DNA of 63,933 nucleotides, filler included, from Choristocarpus tenellus KU-1152 (GCA_964200185.2; 11 parts of 11 records of this genome joined end to end with filler, not necessarily neighbours in it), one strand, 5' to 3'. Positions 25,686 to 37,780 are shown, counted from the first letter of the whole stretch. Notes: generated from the letters alone by a model not told the origin. Program-made: numbers and translations.

Positions 25686-26169
25686 TATACGCAGGAAGAT
25701 TTTTTTATGCACACAAAGCAGTGGGATTTCTTCTCATGCATGGCAGAGGACAACGCTGAAGGCACAAGAAGGCTACTTGAGGGGCTTGTGATAGGACTGC
25801 ATTGGACCTGTAAGAAGGACATGCATTTGCAAGACTATATCAAAGGCACTTCTGGATACCCTGAAGGTAGGAAGGACAACCCCTACTTCCGAAAAATTGT
25901 ACTGAAATGGCTAAATATCCCATCACGTGGAAGTCATGACAAAATTGATGATGGGGGATAAGGTACAAGAATATTTACACCAACTTGTTGACTAGAATGT
26001 CTCTAGAGTCAAATGGAGTTATTCATGGTACAAACTTCCCCACACCATACAGTGCAGTGAACGGCAGGACAGGAAGCACAGCCAATCTTTCCTACAGTTG
26101 TTCCCAGTGATTTGTGACCCCCCTAATTGGTGGGCATTCCCCGCAACATAGTGTTAACCTTCTGATTTC

Positions 26170-27850
26170 ACGGAAAAAATGAACACCGACAGAAATGACA
26201 GAGACTTATGGACATCTTTTGGTGGATCCTAATCAACAGAACATGAATGACGGGAGATGCACAAATCTGGGATTCTTACAATCACATGGTGTTGGAATAT
26301 GACAAGTCCGGTCAAGGACATTAGTGAAGGAAGTTAACATGACTTGTGTAGTTCTCAAGAGAAGACCTTAAAGTGTCAGAGGAGGGGAGTGCCTGCGAAA
26401 TGTCGTCACAAAAGTCCACACTTACAGGGAACGGTTGGAGTGGAGATATGATGCCTTTTGCCAATGATGGATTGAATCTATGCGTACAAGCATTGGTACA
26501 ACTGAGTTATTAGGATCCACTCATCTGTGATGAAAGATTTGATTGTGACTCCAATGCCTCTGAGTCAAAGTAAGCGAGAGATATGCAGAGTTGCATCTTA
26601 AGGATTCTGACAATTTCGTAATTCGACTTTTTGTACAATTGCATACATAGACCTTTCTTAGTTCTGTCTTATCTTTTCAAACAAGAGAAAAACAACGCTC
26701 CCAAGTCAATCTTACCACATTATCAAGAGGAATAGGAGTGAATTGCAAGAGATGACAATTAGTGGCTTAAAATGCAAAACAACCAAAGCCTGGGTACCTC
26801 TCCTAGACTTTGACTCTCTACCTTCCAGGTACATTCTTCCGAATTCTTTTGGTGTCTTATTTTACAAATACGTGACATCCCCTCGGTTGACCTCATTCAT
26901 CACCCTCTCTATTCTACTCACAGGTCAGAAATACAAAAATCTTGAGAAATGTGTCATGATATCGATCGTCAACAACTCTTGTCGCACAATGAGATCTAAC
27001 TGGGTAACATGGCGGCAATTTTATTAGATGCCATGAGACTTCAGCACCTGACCAATTGGGTAGTTCCTATTCTCACATCTTGATGCAGGACCACGTAGAA
27101 ACTTTGCTGCAAACCAGCTTTCTTGCCCCTCATCACCGTTCCTCGGCCACATATTTGTTGCAAAATGTGACTGTCATTCTACTGGGTTTGATAGTGAAAT
27201 AACTGTGTGTAGAAAATGGAGATTAGGGTTATGCTATTGCCTGGAGATCTTGATGGCGATCAAAAATAGATTCAGTCTTCGAGTGAATGTGATCCTATCT
27301 GTTTGTGTAAATGCTTGTCTCCATAACTATTTGGACGGGTGATCTTGTAGTACATGCCATGCCCAGACCTGGAGGACAAGTGCAGCAGCACTCACCCACG
27401 GTCATACTACAGACAGTGCATCAGGCGGATGAGCATGCCCAGGGCTGGAGGATAAGTACAGCAGCACTCACCCCCACTGTCATAAGACAGACAGTGCATC
27501 GCGGATGAGTATCCCTGGCACCCTGAAAGAAGGAAGCACCTTCACCATTAACCGCAATTTTCTAGCATGCATGCGATATTCCATGCTGGCCGGAGGACTG
27601 TTTAACGTAGCCACTGATCGTTTATCAGGAAAATAACCTACTGAACATGACTTCCGCAAAGGTCTGCAAACAGGTCTGCGGGATGCAACCTCCAACATTT
27701 GTCATTGAACAGTGGTGTCACTCCTGTACCAGAAACAAAGACACTCCTAAGGAGAACAAACACGCTACGATGGACCTGTGTGACTCTTCTTGTAGTTTCA
27801 ACCTGCGAAGTATATTTTTTTGTTTCGTGAAAACCATATGGTACATCAGA
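26170..27850 (+). mobile_element. Heavily decayed piggyBac-like transposase relic
   Basis: Ordered, frameshifted motifs: TPTEMTETYGHLL; YDK..RTLVKEVNMTC; EDLKVSEEG; NGD*GYAIA..VFE*M...V*MLVS; GGQVQQHSPTVI; EHDFRKGL; and a Cys-rich tail WCHSCTRNKD..KHATMDLCDSSCSFNL..CF. The order matches the piggyBac DDD transposase plus C-terminal CRD. Confidence 0.5.
27358..27517. repeat. 76-bp tandem duplication
   Basis: CATGCCCAG..GGAGGA(C/T)AAGT(G/A)CAGCAGCACTCACCC..GTCATA..ACAGACAGTGCATC..GCGGATGAG occurs at 27358 and 27434. Confidence 0.9.
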
Positions 27851-28580
27851 AATCGAAACCAGGCCACACGAAGGCAATCACAAATTCTACCACTGAACTA
27901 CTAGCGTCATGCAACTAAATGAATGAGATAAAAATAATTAGTAAATTTAAGGAAATATAACGATAGATACAGCTTTATTTTATGGGAACATTGTTTCTCT
28001 CTTACAATACTTCAGTGGAGGATATATAGTACGCTCCCTTGGTTCAGTGTTGTGCAATATAGACTAGTAGTCTATATGATTTATTGTATAAAAGTGAATA
28101 AGTAATATAACTTAAACTTATAAGTGACTGACGTAGTTAACTGTCACAAACATGTTTAAACATATTCCTGACATGTGTGATGACGAATGAATTAGATAAC
28201 AAGGGAGAGCACCAACCCCCCAACATGAGGATAGTGCTCACTCCGCTAATAAACATATCCATACCACACAAAGTAAAATACTCTACTTGAGCTGCTCTCT
28301 TTTGCATAGGTTATGAGCCTTAGTGATATGGAAGCGGACCCCCGTAAGCTGCCACTCTGAAGTGGAGCGTGGAAGCATACACGGGAGAAGTGGGCGGAAT
28401 GGCGGATGGTGCTGGTAAGCTATGCAGGAGGTAAAGGACTGTACCGGATCCTCCAACCAGAATACCGCATTCTGACACCTNNNNNNNNNNNNNNNNNNNN
28501 NNNNNNNNNNNNNNNNNNNNNNNNTTAATTAATTAANNNNNNNNNNNNNNNNNNNNNNNNNNNNNNNNNNNNNNNNNNNN

Positions 28581-28810
28581 CTGGATGAGTTGGCTACTCA
28601 CATGGGTAGGAGGGAGAGGAGCGGGAGGATACGACCGGAAAGGAGTAGTTAAATCCAGACTACGCCAAATTTTTTTGGTGACTACGCAAGTGGCATTGTT
28701 TAGAAGTGTCATGAGCTTCAAACTAGAGTCACCAGGGAGATGGGCACGGAGGGGCATGTTGGATTCTAGGGATGCCTCCCTAGCTCCCCCCCCGGGGCAC
28801 AGGAGTAGGT
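28581..28810 (+). mobile_element. 3' coding tail of an RLE-type (CRE-like) non-LTR retrotransposon
   Basis: LDELATHM/VGGRGAGGYDRKGVVKSRLRQIFLVTTQVALFRSVMSFKL resembles the C-terminal helix following the restriction-like endonuclease in algal CRE-like elements. The similarity is recalled, not searched. Confidence 0.45.
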
Positions 28811-31800
28811 AGATGGGAAGCAAAGGACGGTAGTAGCACAATATTTTATATTGGGGAAGTAACTGATAGATTAGTGGTTTCCACACAATGTTTTAGAGTG
28901 TTCTTATGTTTAGGATATTTTATTTCTTTAGGGCTAATAACCACGTATGTATAGTTTTCATTGATTTCCCCCCTGACACATCTGCAAAATGTCAGAGGGC
29001 ATAAGAATATATATACCACTTGTACAAAGTTACAATATATGGTTGTGTGGTAGAGGCAGTGGAGTAATAGCTGACAAAGCGACAGTCATTTCAACATGCT
29101 ACACTCTATGAAGGTTGCGGAAGTCACTTACATACGTAACAAAAAAATAGGAACGTGCTGTAGAGCTGAGTGAACTGGCTGGGTTTTTGCATTATTGAAG
29201 CAAATCATCCATGACTATGAGCGCAGTTTAGGAATCCTGAGGTCTCAATCTCTTACAAGGACTACACCATTATAACAAAAGCAACCCAGGTTGGTGCCTT
29301 GCGTACTCAACCCTTAAGGTTATGAATAAATCGGTCTGCTGTGTCTAAAATTTCGTCAGGATTAGGTTCGACTTGAACTTTTTGGTATTTTTTCCATTAC
29401 GCGATTTATCCCCAAACCAAAAAAATCCAGTTCATTGGTTCAAAATCCCTGAGGGAGGGTTAGTACACAATACGCTAACAACCTGGTTTACGATGCACCA
29501 GCTCCGAAACTGCAAAGAGAGAAGAATAGTACAACACCATCTACGACATCTAACCCGAGTCAGTGCTCTTATGAATTGATAGTCTGCAGTGTCTTGTCTA
29601 ACTTGTCCTGACAACATGGATCACGCTGCTCATGATGAGCACCAGCAAGACATACTGCACCAGACGCACACTGTAACATTAATAGATAAAGAGGAAAATG
29701 TAGCGAGGATGCAGAGAAAGTGAACTCAAAGAGATCAACAACCATACGCAAACCCAAGAAAGGAAACACATTCAAGAGAGAGAATACGCATCCTGAGGGT
29801 GCAAAATTAGTGGTTACGTTGTGAAAGCAGTTAAGTCACTCCAAGATAGTCACTATGATTATCACATGTTATTGACACAGGATGCCCGCGAGTGCTGAAC
29901 TGCCTCATCGGCATGTACACCACCCCCTCACAATCGACTGTGATAGTGGCACACAGTTCCTCATTACTTGCATTTCACTCCTATTGGTGCTTCCACGCAC
30001 TTACCCGTCATCAACTTTGTTTACCACAGTATACGCCTCCTTGAGCATAGAAGGGACTCTTTGAGCGTTAATATACTACCATAGAATTTGGGATGTCCTA
30101 TCCCATCCTGACAACTCAGGCTTGTTCCCACCCCCAGTGTCTTCTATATTGCCCATGCTGCTACCAGTGGCTACCTATATGTTGCTCTCCACCATGGCTT
30201 CTTCCCTCTTGGTCAGCACATCACATGACAGGTGAACCAATTATCACCCTTAAATAGCAGCAACATACACTGCAGTGACATACTACACCTGTTTCAGAAA
30301 CACTGTTCAAGAGGCCATTTATCTCCTGGATTTCGTCTACAAATTAAGATTTTCTGACCTAATAATCATCCTGATAATGAAGACAGCAACAATGCAACAG
30401 GCTCTTACAACATTATCTACGACCCCTATTCCGGGCCAGTGCTATACAGGGAGATGGGTGAGTGTACAATACCTTGTGCTATTTTCCTTTGCATACCACT
30501 CTAGTACATACTGTCTCAATCTGTCTCAATCTCGGCAACAAAACTTGAATTGAACGATTTTTCAGCCCATTAGATCGCGAACTACTTTTAATCACTACCA
30601 AAAATGTCCCCAACTTCGCATCCACTCCTCTCCCTAGTAGCCTCTTCCCCGTCCTCTGCCTTCCCCCCTACGCCCCCCCCTCCCACTGAATCCCCTGCCA
30701 CTCCTCTCTTTCATATTCTTTCCCCTCCCTCCAGCTCCCCTTCCCCCACTCCCTCCTCTATCTCCTGCTCCCCTCCTGTTAAAGCCCTTTCCACCACTGC
30801 CCCTACCTGAGTTTCCTCCTTGACCACCCTCAAGGCCACTACCAGCCCCCCAGTTGCTACAATGATTCCCCCCCCCTATTCCTAGATTGCTGCTACCTTT
30901 TCCACCGACAGTGCTATTCTTCAAATATCCAGGTCCGACATTTAAGGATACACCATCTCCCCAACTTTCTCCTCTCAGAGTAGGCGGTTCTGGGATGCAA
31001 ACTGGGGTATTTGTTGGGGCTGGGGGAAGCATTGTCCCCACAAAAAGCTCATCTTCGGGAACGCCACCACCTGAGCCAAACTGAACGGTGGTGTGTGAAA
31101 TCACAAGTGGAGAATCCACCAGGGGATTAAGATCAATGGGATCGTCGGAGCAAAGGTTGGGGTGGGTGCAAAGGAGCAGCAGGGAGTTGGATAGAGGTTG
31201 CTGTGGGTGTGTAAATGACGTTACTACACAACAATCAAACAATATAATGTAAGAGGGGGCAGGGTATGCTGCAGGGCAAACGCACCCTGGCGTCTCAATT
31301 CGCTCTCCATATATTCAATTTCATTGATACAAATGAAGTTTGTTATCCCGTCTCCAACCCCTCCATTGTGTCACGTCTTATAAACACAACACACACACAC
31401 ACACACCTGATTACTGCCTTGAGTGAGTGCAGACCTTCGTACTGCCTCCTCCTCTCCTCGCCTCTGCATTACCCGTAGCTGTCACCGATCAAGGATATGA
31501 TAAGAAAACGTACCATGTGAGATGAAGCGAAGAAGGGGGTAAAACACGTATCAATTACAGCTATGTATGTGCGTGGTGAGAAGGTGATCTACAAGGACAC
31601 AAAAGAAACAATTTGAACACACCCTCTAGCCCCAATTTAGGAGCAAGTAATCTTCAGTGCTCTCAATTAGGAGAACTGATACTAAAATTGTGTATTTTGC
31701 GAGATGCAAGTCACATTAAAAGTGTTCCTCCTGGTCCAGTAAAGGAAACCAACCGTTAATGGATTGGGTGGTACGCTGCACTCTGATCCAATCAAGGTCT

Positions 31801-31924
31801 GGGAAGATAGAATATCGTTGCAGATGTTTATTAAGCCTCTCCAAGATTTGGTCCAAAACGAATTAGTACACCTCAAGAACTACCCCCTTCCCTGCACCTT
31901 CCAGTAAGGCAGTTCCATTGGTCA

Positions 31925-32181
31925 GAGTGAAAGTATCTTAGAGGGTACAAGTTTCACCCTGTTTGTCCATTTGGGGCTTGGCCTCCCATGGGATTTCTTA
32001 TGAAGTTTTCATACTCCAAAGTGTTTTGGATTAGGAAAATGTGTATGTTATGAAAAGGTGTGTCCAGGGAATGGATATTGACACTTCCTAACAAACACAA
32101 TGGTCAAAATTACGTCAAAATCGCAACATTGGATTTTGGCCCCAAACGGACGCGGTTCCACCCTCTAGGATATTTTGGCTC
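31925..32181 (+). mobile_element. MITE family A, full copy (257 bp)
   Basis: TIRs GAGTGAAAGTATCTTAGAGGGTA / CACCCTCTAGGATATTTTGGCTC; flanked by TCA on both sides. Confidence 0.92.
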
Positions 32182-32199
32182 TCACCAAGGGCTCATCTA

Positions 32200-33130
32200 C
32201 AGACTACTCTCAGTCCATCCTCTTGCTTCTTGTGCTCTCCCTTGAAGTCACTGTAGCCCAGCTGGTTCAACACAGTCTTTTACAGTGCAATCAGGCTCTG
32301 CCACACCTACACAAGCTTCAACATCATACTCTTGATAAGTCTTCATGTTTTTTTTCCAAGATCATCGATGTTGCCTGAGTGAATCCAGTCTGTCATTGCC
32401 CACAGTGAGCAGAAGAATACACGTAGTTCCAAGATGTTGAAAACTGGTGACTGGGTAGGTTACTGGTGCCTCCCCAGGGATAACTCTAACACCTTCAGAA
32501 ACCAGGTCACACCACCCCTCCTCCCAACGGACCTGGTAAAAAAACTTGGGGTCAAAGACATACTCATTGCCAGTTTTCAGGATGCTGCCCACGATGAAAG
32601 CCGTCCAATCGATCTTCTGATCATCAGAGAGAGAGGGTTTGATCACTCTTCGGCAAGGTTTGACCCCTGTCTTCATATTGTACCTCTTTATCTTCCGTTT
32701 GGCGACATTGGCTTACATAGCCAATCTCTTCTCATCCATCTCTTTGAGCACAGGGACTACATTAATTGCACTAAGTTCCACTTGTGAGAGTCGTCTTGGT
32801 CGCTTTTTTTAATGAGAGAGTACTCCAATGTCCAGTTCATAACTGAGGCACCGTGATACCCTCACCAACCAGATCCAATGCGTTTGGGGTCACTCTGTGC
32901 TTGACTGTAACTTGTATCCGGGAATCTTGTTGGACCTTTGCTGAAATCCTTCACAGTATACTCTCCAACAGCAGCTGCTCGCTTCTGAGAGGGGGGATGT
33001 ACTTTGTCTCTGCCACTGTGCCAAAATCAGTGTCTGTTGGTACAGCTGATCTGGAGAACTTCATATTTTGGTTACTTGCAATTATGGTCTTTACTAGCAA
33101 GGCGTCCAAATTGCTGCAGTACAATTTTAC
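32200..33130 (-). mobile_element. Decayed, internally deleted mariner-like (DD39D-type) transposase, copy 1
   Basis: AINVVPVLKEMDEKRLAM*ANVAKRKIKRYNMKTGVKPCRRVIKPSLSDDQKIDWTAF...YVFDPKFFYQVRWEEGW..VRVIPGEAP...CILLLTVGNDRLD, followed directly by NIDDL..KTYQEYD..VWQSLIAL*KTVLNQLGYSDFKGEH. This matches the N-terminal half and C-terminal tail of plant-type mariner transposases. Confidence 0.75.
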
Positions 33131-33783
33131 CATTTCGGACCTGATTTACACCACCTGCAACAGGGTGTACTCCCTTCACCAACCCCCTCTGGACAACAAC
33201 AAAGCACTTGGATGTTAAGACCAGGCTTGTTTCGAAGTTAACAATAAAACAAAACAACTGCATCACCAAAAATTACATTAAACCCGATATGCAAGCCACT
33301 AGCACAAAAACGTAGTTCACCTTTGCAGATGAGAGGGAGTGATTCCTATTATAAATAGATCCACATATACATACTTGAATATCAGGAACTGCACTTCAAA
33401 TGGGCTGACACACGGTACCTACAAATAAGACAATGAAAAGATGACCAACAACTGCAATCATTCAGAGTACAAAGACTTGAACACGCATATGCACACACAC
33501 CATAGGAAGTCTGCAAGCACCAACTGGGCACTGTACGGTCTGCATCCAAAGCACATATAGTTCGCAATTGCCTGAGCAGAACTACCAAAACCTCATTTCA
33601 AGCACCACTTAAAAAACAAACCCTGCACACCTGCTTCTGCTCCTCCTCTCTACGCCTCTGCACCTCATAGGGGGAGGGAGGGGNNNNNNNNNNNNNNNNN
33701 NNNNNNNNNNNNNNNNNNNNNNNNNNNTTAATTAATTAANNNNNNNNNNNNNNNNNNNNNNNNNNNNNNNNNNNNNNNNNNNN

Positions 33784-33857
33784 AAAACACCTGTGGGAAG
33801 CCAAGTCCCAAATGGACAAACAGGGCAAATCTCGTACCCTCTAAGATACTTTCACTC
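33784..33857 (-). mobile_element. MITE family A, left end (truncated by the linker)
   Basis: CCAAATGGACAAACAGGGCAAATCTCGTACCCTCTAAGATACTTTCACTC. Confidence 0.88.
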
Positions 33858-34067
33858 TCAGCAAACTAACACAAAACTCCACGTTTTGGGTTTCATCACA
33901 CGCTGCCATCTGTCGTTACCAAACACTTGTTACTGGAATAGGTAGCACATATCATCCCAAAGAAAATGCCATCACATCGAATCGGTCACAGCACACTGTC
34001 TCAGTGCCGACACTGACTCCAACACATACCACCCCTCCCCTTATACACACAATCACCACAACCCTTA

Positions 34068-34700
34068 GGATTGGATGGACAGGGACGGCAGACAGCACAG
34101 TAACACGTATACGAAACTTCTATACATCGACACGTTCCGCACACAGGAGATAGTCCACCTTCCGTCTTACAAGATCGACCGTGTGGGACAACACGACCCA
34201 CGTGTCCCAAACCTCAGTGGAATCAAGTCCACATGCACAGGTTCTTCACTGGTGGGCTCACCACCGGAGACTCCCGTACATTGATACACACCGAACTGTC
34301 GTGCTACTGCACGAACTGTTCCATCGGCTACCTGGCCCAATGCAGGTGGCAACTAAACCACGTGCCCCCGCTTAACAATATAGACCTCGGATTTTCCACA
34401 GAAGCAAGAACGGGTGATATGTATCTGAGAAGTCAGCTGTTGAGGAAGAAGAGACAGCTCGCCAAGGGGAACATATGCATTGTGCGGACGCAGCCATCGG
34501 AGTAAAATGATATAGAATTCTTGCTGTTCACTGTCCACTGCACGATTCAATAGAACGCTAGACACCACTCCAGCTACGGAGGGATGTTCAGTGCTGGAGA
34601 TGAGGTCGTCTTTGTCACTGTGAAGACTTCGAGGTGCTGAGTGCTAGCTTTATTGATGGAGTGCCAACTATTCACATTATATTTTGCAAGTTACGTAGGG
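34068..34700 (+). pseudogene. Frameshifted transposase-like C-terminal region (Sola2-like, tentative)
   Basis: RTQEIVHLPSYKIDR...VPNLSGIKS/MHRFFTGG...LIHTELSCYCTNCSIGYLAQC fits the G-[IT]-[KR]-x-x-H-x-F ... LSCxCxxC ... C arrangement recalled from the distal part of Sola2-type DDD transposases. The catalytic region is not on this contig. Confidence 0.4.
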
Positions 34701-35139
34701 CAAATAAGCGCATCCCATTCATCCATTCCGCTGCCTAAGCGTATCCTCTGTAATACGTAAGACTATCCGTTTCTCAAAAAATCAACAAACAACACCCCTC
34801 TATACACCCAAACAAGGCCATCACGCGCAAACAAATGCCAATAGTCCTACACACCAACACAGCCCCTGAAACGAACATGTTTGTGGTGATGCAGGAGGCA
34901 CAACCGGGTCCCCGTGTCGTGCCCCTTCAGGCTATCATCATCCCAGACTTCACAGACATCAACCAAAACCACCTGGACAACACATTCACGATCCTGCCTG
35001 GTCAATACCAGAGGTTCACCTCGGAATCCAACCGGCAACCCCTTGGTGGGATACCTGCTCGCTTCTCTAGGTAACTCAGACTTGGGGACACATCCGACGC
35101 CAGGTTCGGTTGAGGAACCATCTTCATCCTACGCGCGAG

Positions 35140-35680
35140 TGGGGGAGCCATCGTACAGGGGAAGGTCATCGATGTTCACGTATATGGTTCAGAAGCGTAT
35201 ATTTACTCAGTGTTCTACCTCCCGGATGATGGCGAAAAATCTTTGCCCTCTCAACTGGGGTTGTACATGACAGAGGACGAGATCAAGGAGGGTGTCAAGC
35301 AACTTCGAGAGAAGAACAAGAGGGACAGTGATGAGGCTGCAGCCCTGTGTGTAAGACAACGCCGTTGGTCAATTGTTGACCGCCAGCAGAAGCGTAGAGA
35401 CATAGAGAAGGATAAATAGAAATATATACTCTCCTTGAACCGACACCGAGTTATGTGCCAGATTTAGATGAGGGAGGAACCCTCAATGCCAGAGCCAAGG
35501 GCAGGGGACTATACTTCCGATGGGACGATCAGTGGATACAAAAGAAAGTGACCAAGTACCAGCCCCACTACACGGTGAACGTTAGAGACGAACGAGTCAG
35601 CTACCCCTACGAGGTCAAATGGGAGAATGGCGACTTGCGAAATATCCAGCTTCTTTGTCCAACACTACAATATTGACCAA
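35140..35680 (+). pseudogene. Disrupted ORF with two Tudor/SH3-fold-like modules
   Basis: VQGKVIDVHVYGSEAYIYSVFYLPDDGE...MTEDEIKEGV and KGRGLYFRWDDQWIQKKVTKY...YPYEVKWENGDLRNIQLL follow the GxVx..YxVx[YW]xDG[DE] beta-barrel pattern. A stop and a frameshift separate the modules. Confidence 0.45.
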
Positions 35681-35817
35681 GACGCTCCTACACGGGCCTG
35701 GTTCTGGACAAGTCCTACACTGCCACCATACTGACGAGAGACACGACTTTGAGGAGCAACATACGCCAATTTCTGTTCGTGAGTGACCCCCTACTTCGCC
35801 AGTCCGACACATTTTTT

Positions 35818-36033
35818 TCCATTTGGCGCTTGGCTTCTCTCAGGGTTTTTATGACATTTTCCTACTCGAAAATATTTCAGAGTAGGTAAAATGTGTATGT
35901 TATGAAAGGTGTGTCGGGAACAAGGGTATTGACACTTCTTAACAAACACGATAGCCAAAATTACATCGAAATCGCAAAATTGAATTATGACCCCCAAATG
36001 GATGCGGCTCTACCGTTAAAGATACTTTGACTC
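35818..36033 (+). mobile_element. MITE family A sequence lacking the normal left TIR
   Basis: Matches family A from CCATTTGGCGCTTGG to the right TIR TACCGTTAAAGATACTTTGACTC. Confidence 0.88.
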
Positions 36034-36552
36034 ATCCCTCGACAGACATGTTATGATGGAGAGATCGGACGTTCTCTAAATCAACGGACTTACGCATTTG
36101 GTATAATGAATATATTATCTTCTCTAAGATTTTGTGTTTATATGTCCTCATACGCACGTTTTAATTGGCCCGGTGGCAACCTAGACTTTATCTCTATTAG
36201 TGCGTTCTGCCACCATGCTCTAATACTTTTTCTGCTATGCCCCTATCATTTTTCCTCCCCTCTTTGCGTTGATCGGACCACAGAGCAATTGACAAAAACC
36301 TTACTACAAATACGTTGACGTACAAGCATCTCGTAATACAAACCACCATCTTCAGCACAAGTCGAGATTTCCACAACAGATAACCTCTCTTCCACACCCA
36401 AACCAAGCAGTGGCAACCACCCAGGCTCCAAGCTTTGAACCCAACGGCAACTTCCCTGAGCCATAATAACATAGTCTACACCCCCACTCAAGCCCCAAGC
36501 GTAGGTCCTAAATGCATTTTTGTCCAAAATACATCATACAAGGACGGTGGCT

Positions 36553-36714
36553 GGGTCAAAGTATCTTGGGGGGTGGTGGTTTTGTGAGGGGGCGTCCGTT
36601 TCGGTCCGGACGAATTGCTCAAAAATCATAGCATTTGCTGTCTTCAGTCGCGGACGATTCACGACTGAAGACAGCAACTTTCTCAACCTCCCCCCCCCCC
36701 AGATCCTTTGCCCC
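36553..36714. mobile_element. Short MITE family B copy with both TIRs
   Basis: GGGTCAAAGTATCTTGGGGGG ... CCCCCCCCAGATCCTTTGCCCC. Confidence 0.7.
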
Positions 36715-36921
36715 TCCATCCCAATAAAATCACAAACCTCCAANNNNNNNNNNNNNNNNNNNNNNNNNNNNNNNNNNNNNNNNNNNNTTAATTAATTAAN
36801 NNNNNNNNNNNNNNNNNNNNNNNNNNNNNNNNNNNNNNNNNNNTTTTTCTTTCTCTTTCTGTCCTACTCTTTTCGCCCTCTTTGTTTTGTTTTTTTTTGT
36901 TTAATGGGGCGGCGACGGGCG

Positions 36922-37100
36922 AGATCTACACCAGGGTGTCCATTTGGTGGACCATAACCTGGAAAAGTGCACTTACATTATCCATCCGACATATGCACAA
37001 CCAAATCACACAAAAATCGCGACATGGAAAAAATGGGCCCCAAAAATGGACAGCCGCCACTTCCCGCACCCCCCCCCCCCCCCCCCCCCGATATTTCCAA
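36922..37100. mobile_element. MITE family B copy (degenerate ends)
   Basis: TCTACACCAGGGTGTCCATTTGG...GGAAAAGTGCACTTACATTATCCATCCGACAT...AAATGGACAGCCGCCAC-polyC; reverse complement of 63781-63933. Confidence 0.82.
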
Positions 37101-37223
37101 ATCACATGATCTCATCTCTCTATCTCTACCTCTGTCCACCTATCTCTCTCAAACTCTCAAACTCTCTTAGGGTCAGGTTGCCAATCCTAATTTCTTTCCA
37201 ACTAACCCTAACCCTAACCCTAA

Positions 37224-37505
<282 letters not shown>

Positions 37506-37656
37506 TTNNNNNNNNNNTGGTTTTGGGTTCTTGCACTCAGGGGGTTGGGGTTGAGGTTTGGGATTATTGGATTACAGTGGTTCGTACTGCGCTTGTTTTT
37601 TTTTAAAATCTATTTTCAGCATCGATGTCTCTTGATGTCTCTTGATTTCAAGAGGA

Positions 37657-37760
37657 AAGGGTTAATGGTGGGAATAGGGACATACAGTACTATATTTGAA
37701 CACCAGAAAGGGTTAATAATGGTGGGAATAGAAACATAAAGTACTATATATTTGAACACC
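37657..37760. repeat. About 50-bp tandem duplication (intronic)
   Basis: AAAGGGTTAAT(AAT)GGTGGGAATAG..ACATA.AGTACTATATTTGAACACC occurs twice. Confidence 0.85.
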
Positions 37761-37780
37761 TTACTCTCCTTTTTTTTCGA

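Noticed and set aside
27647-27904. Fanzor/TnpB-like zinc finger (also considered the Cys cluster at 34290-34350)
   Set aside because: No RuvC motifs (DPG, E..TS, RD.NAA.N) are nearby. The Cys patterns fit transposase C-termini better.
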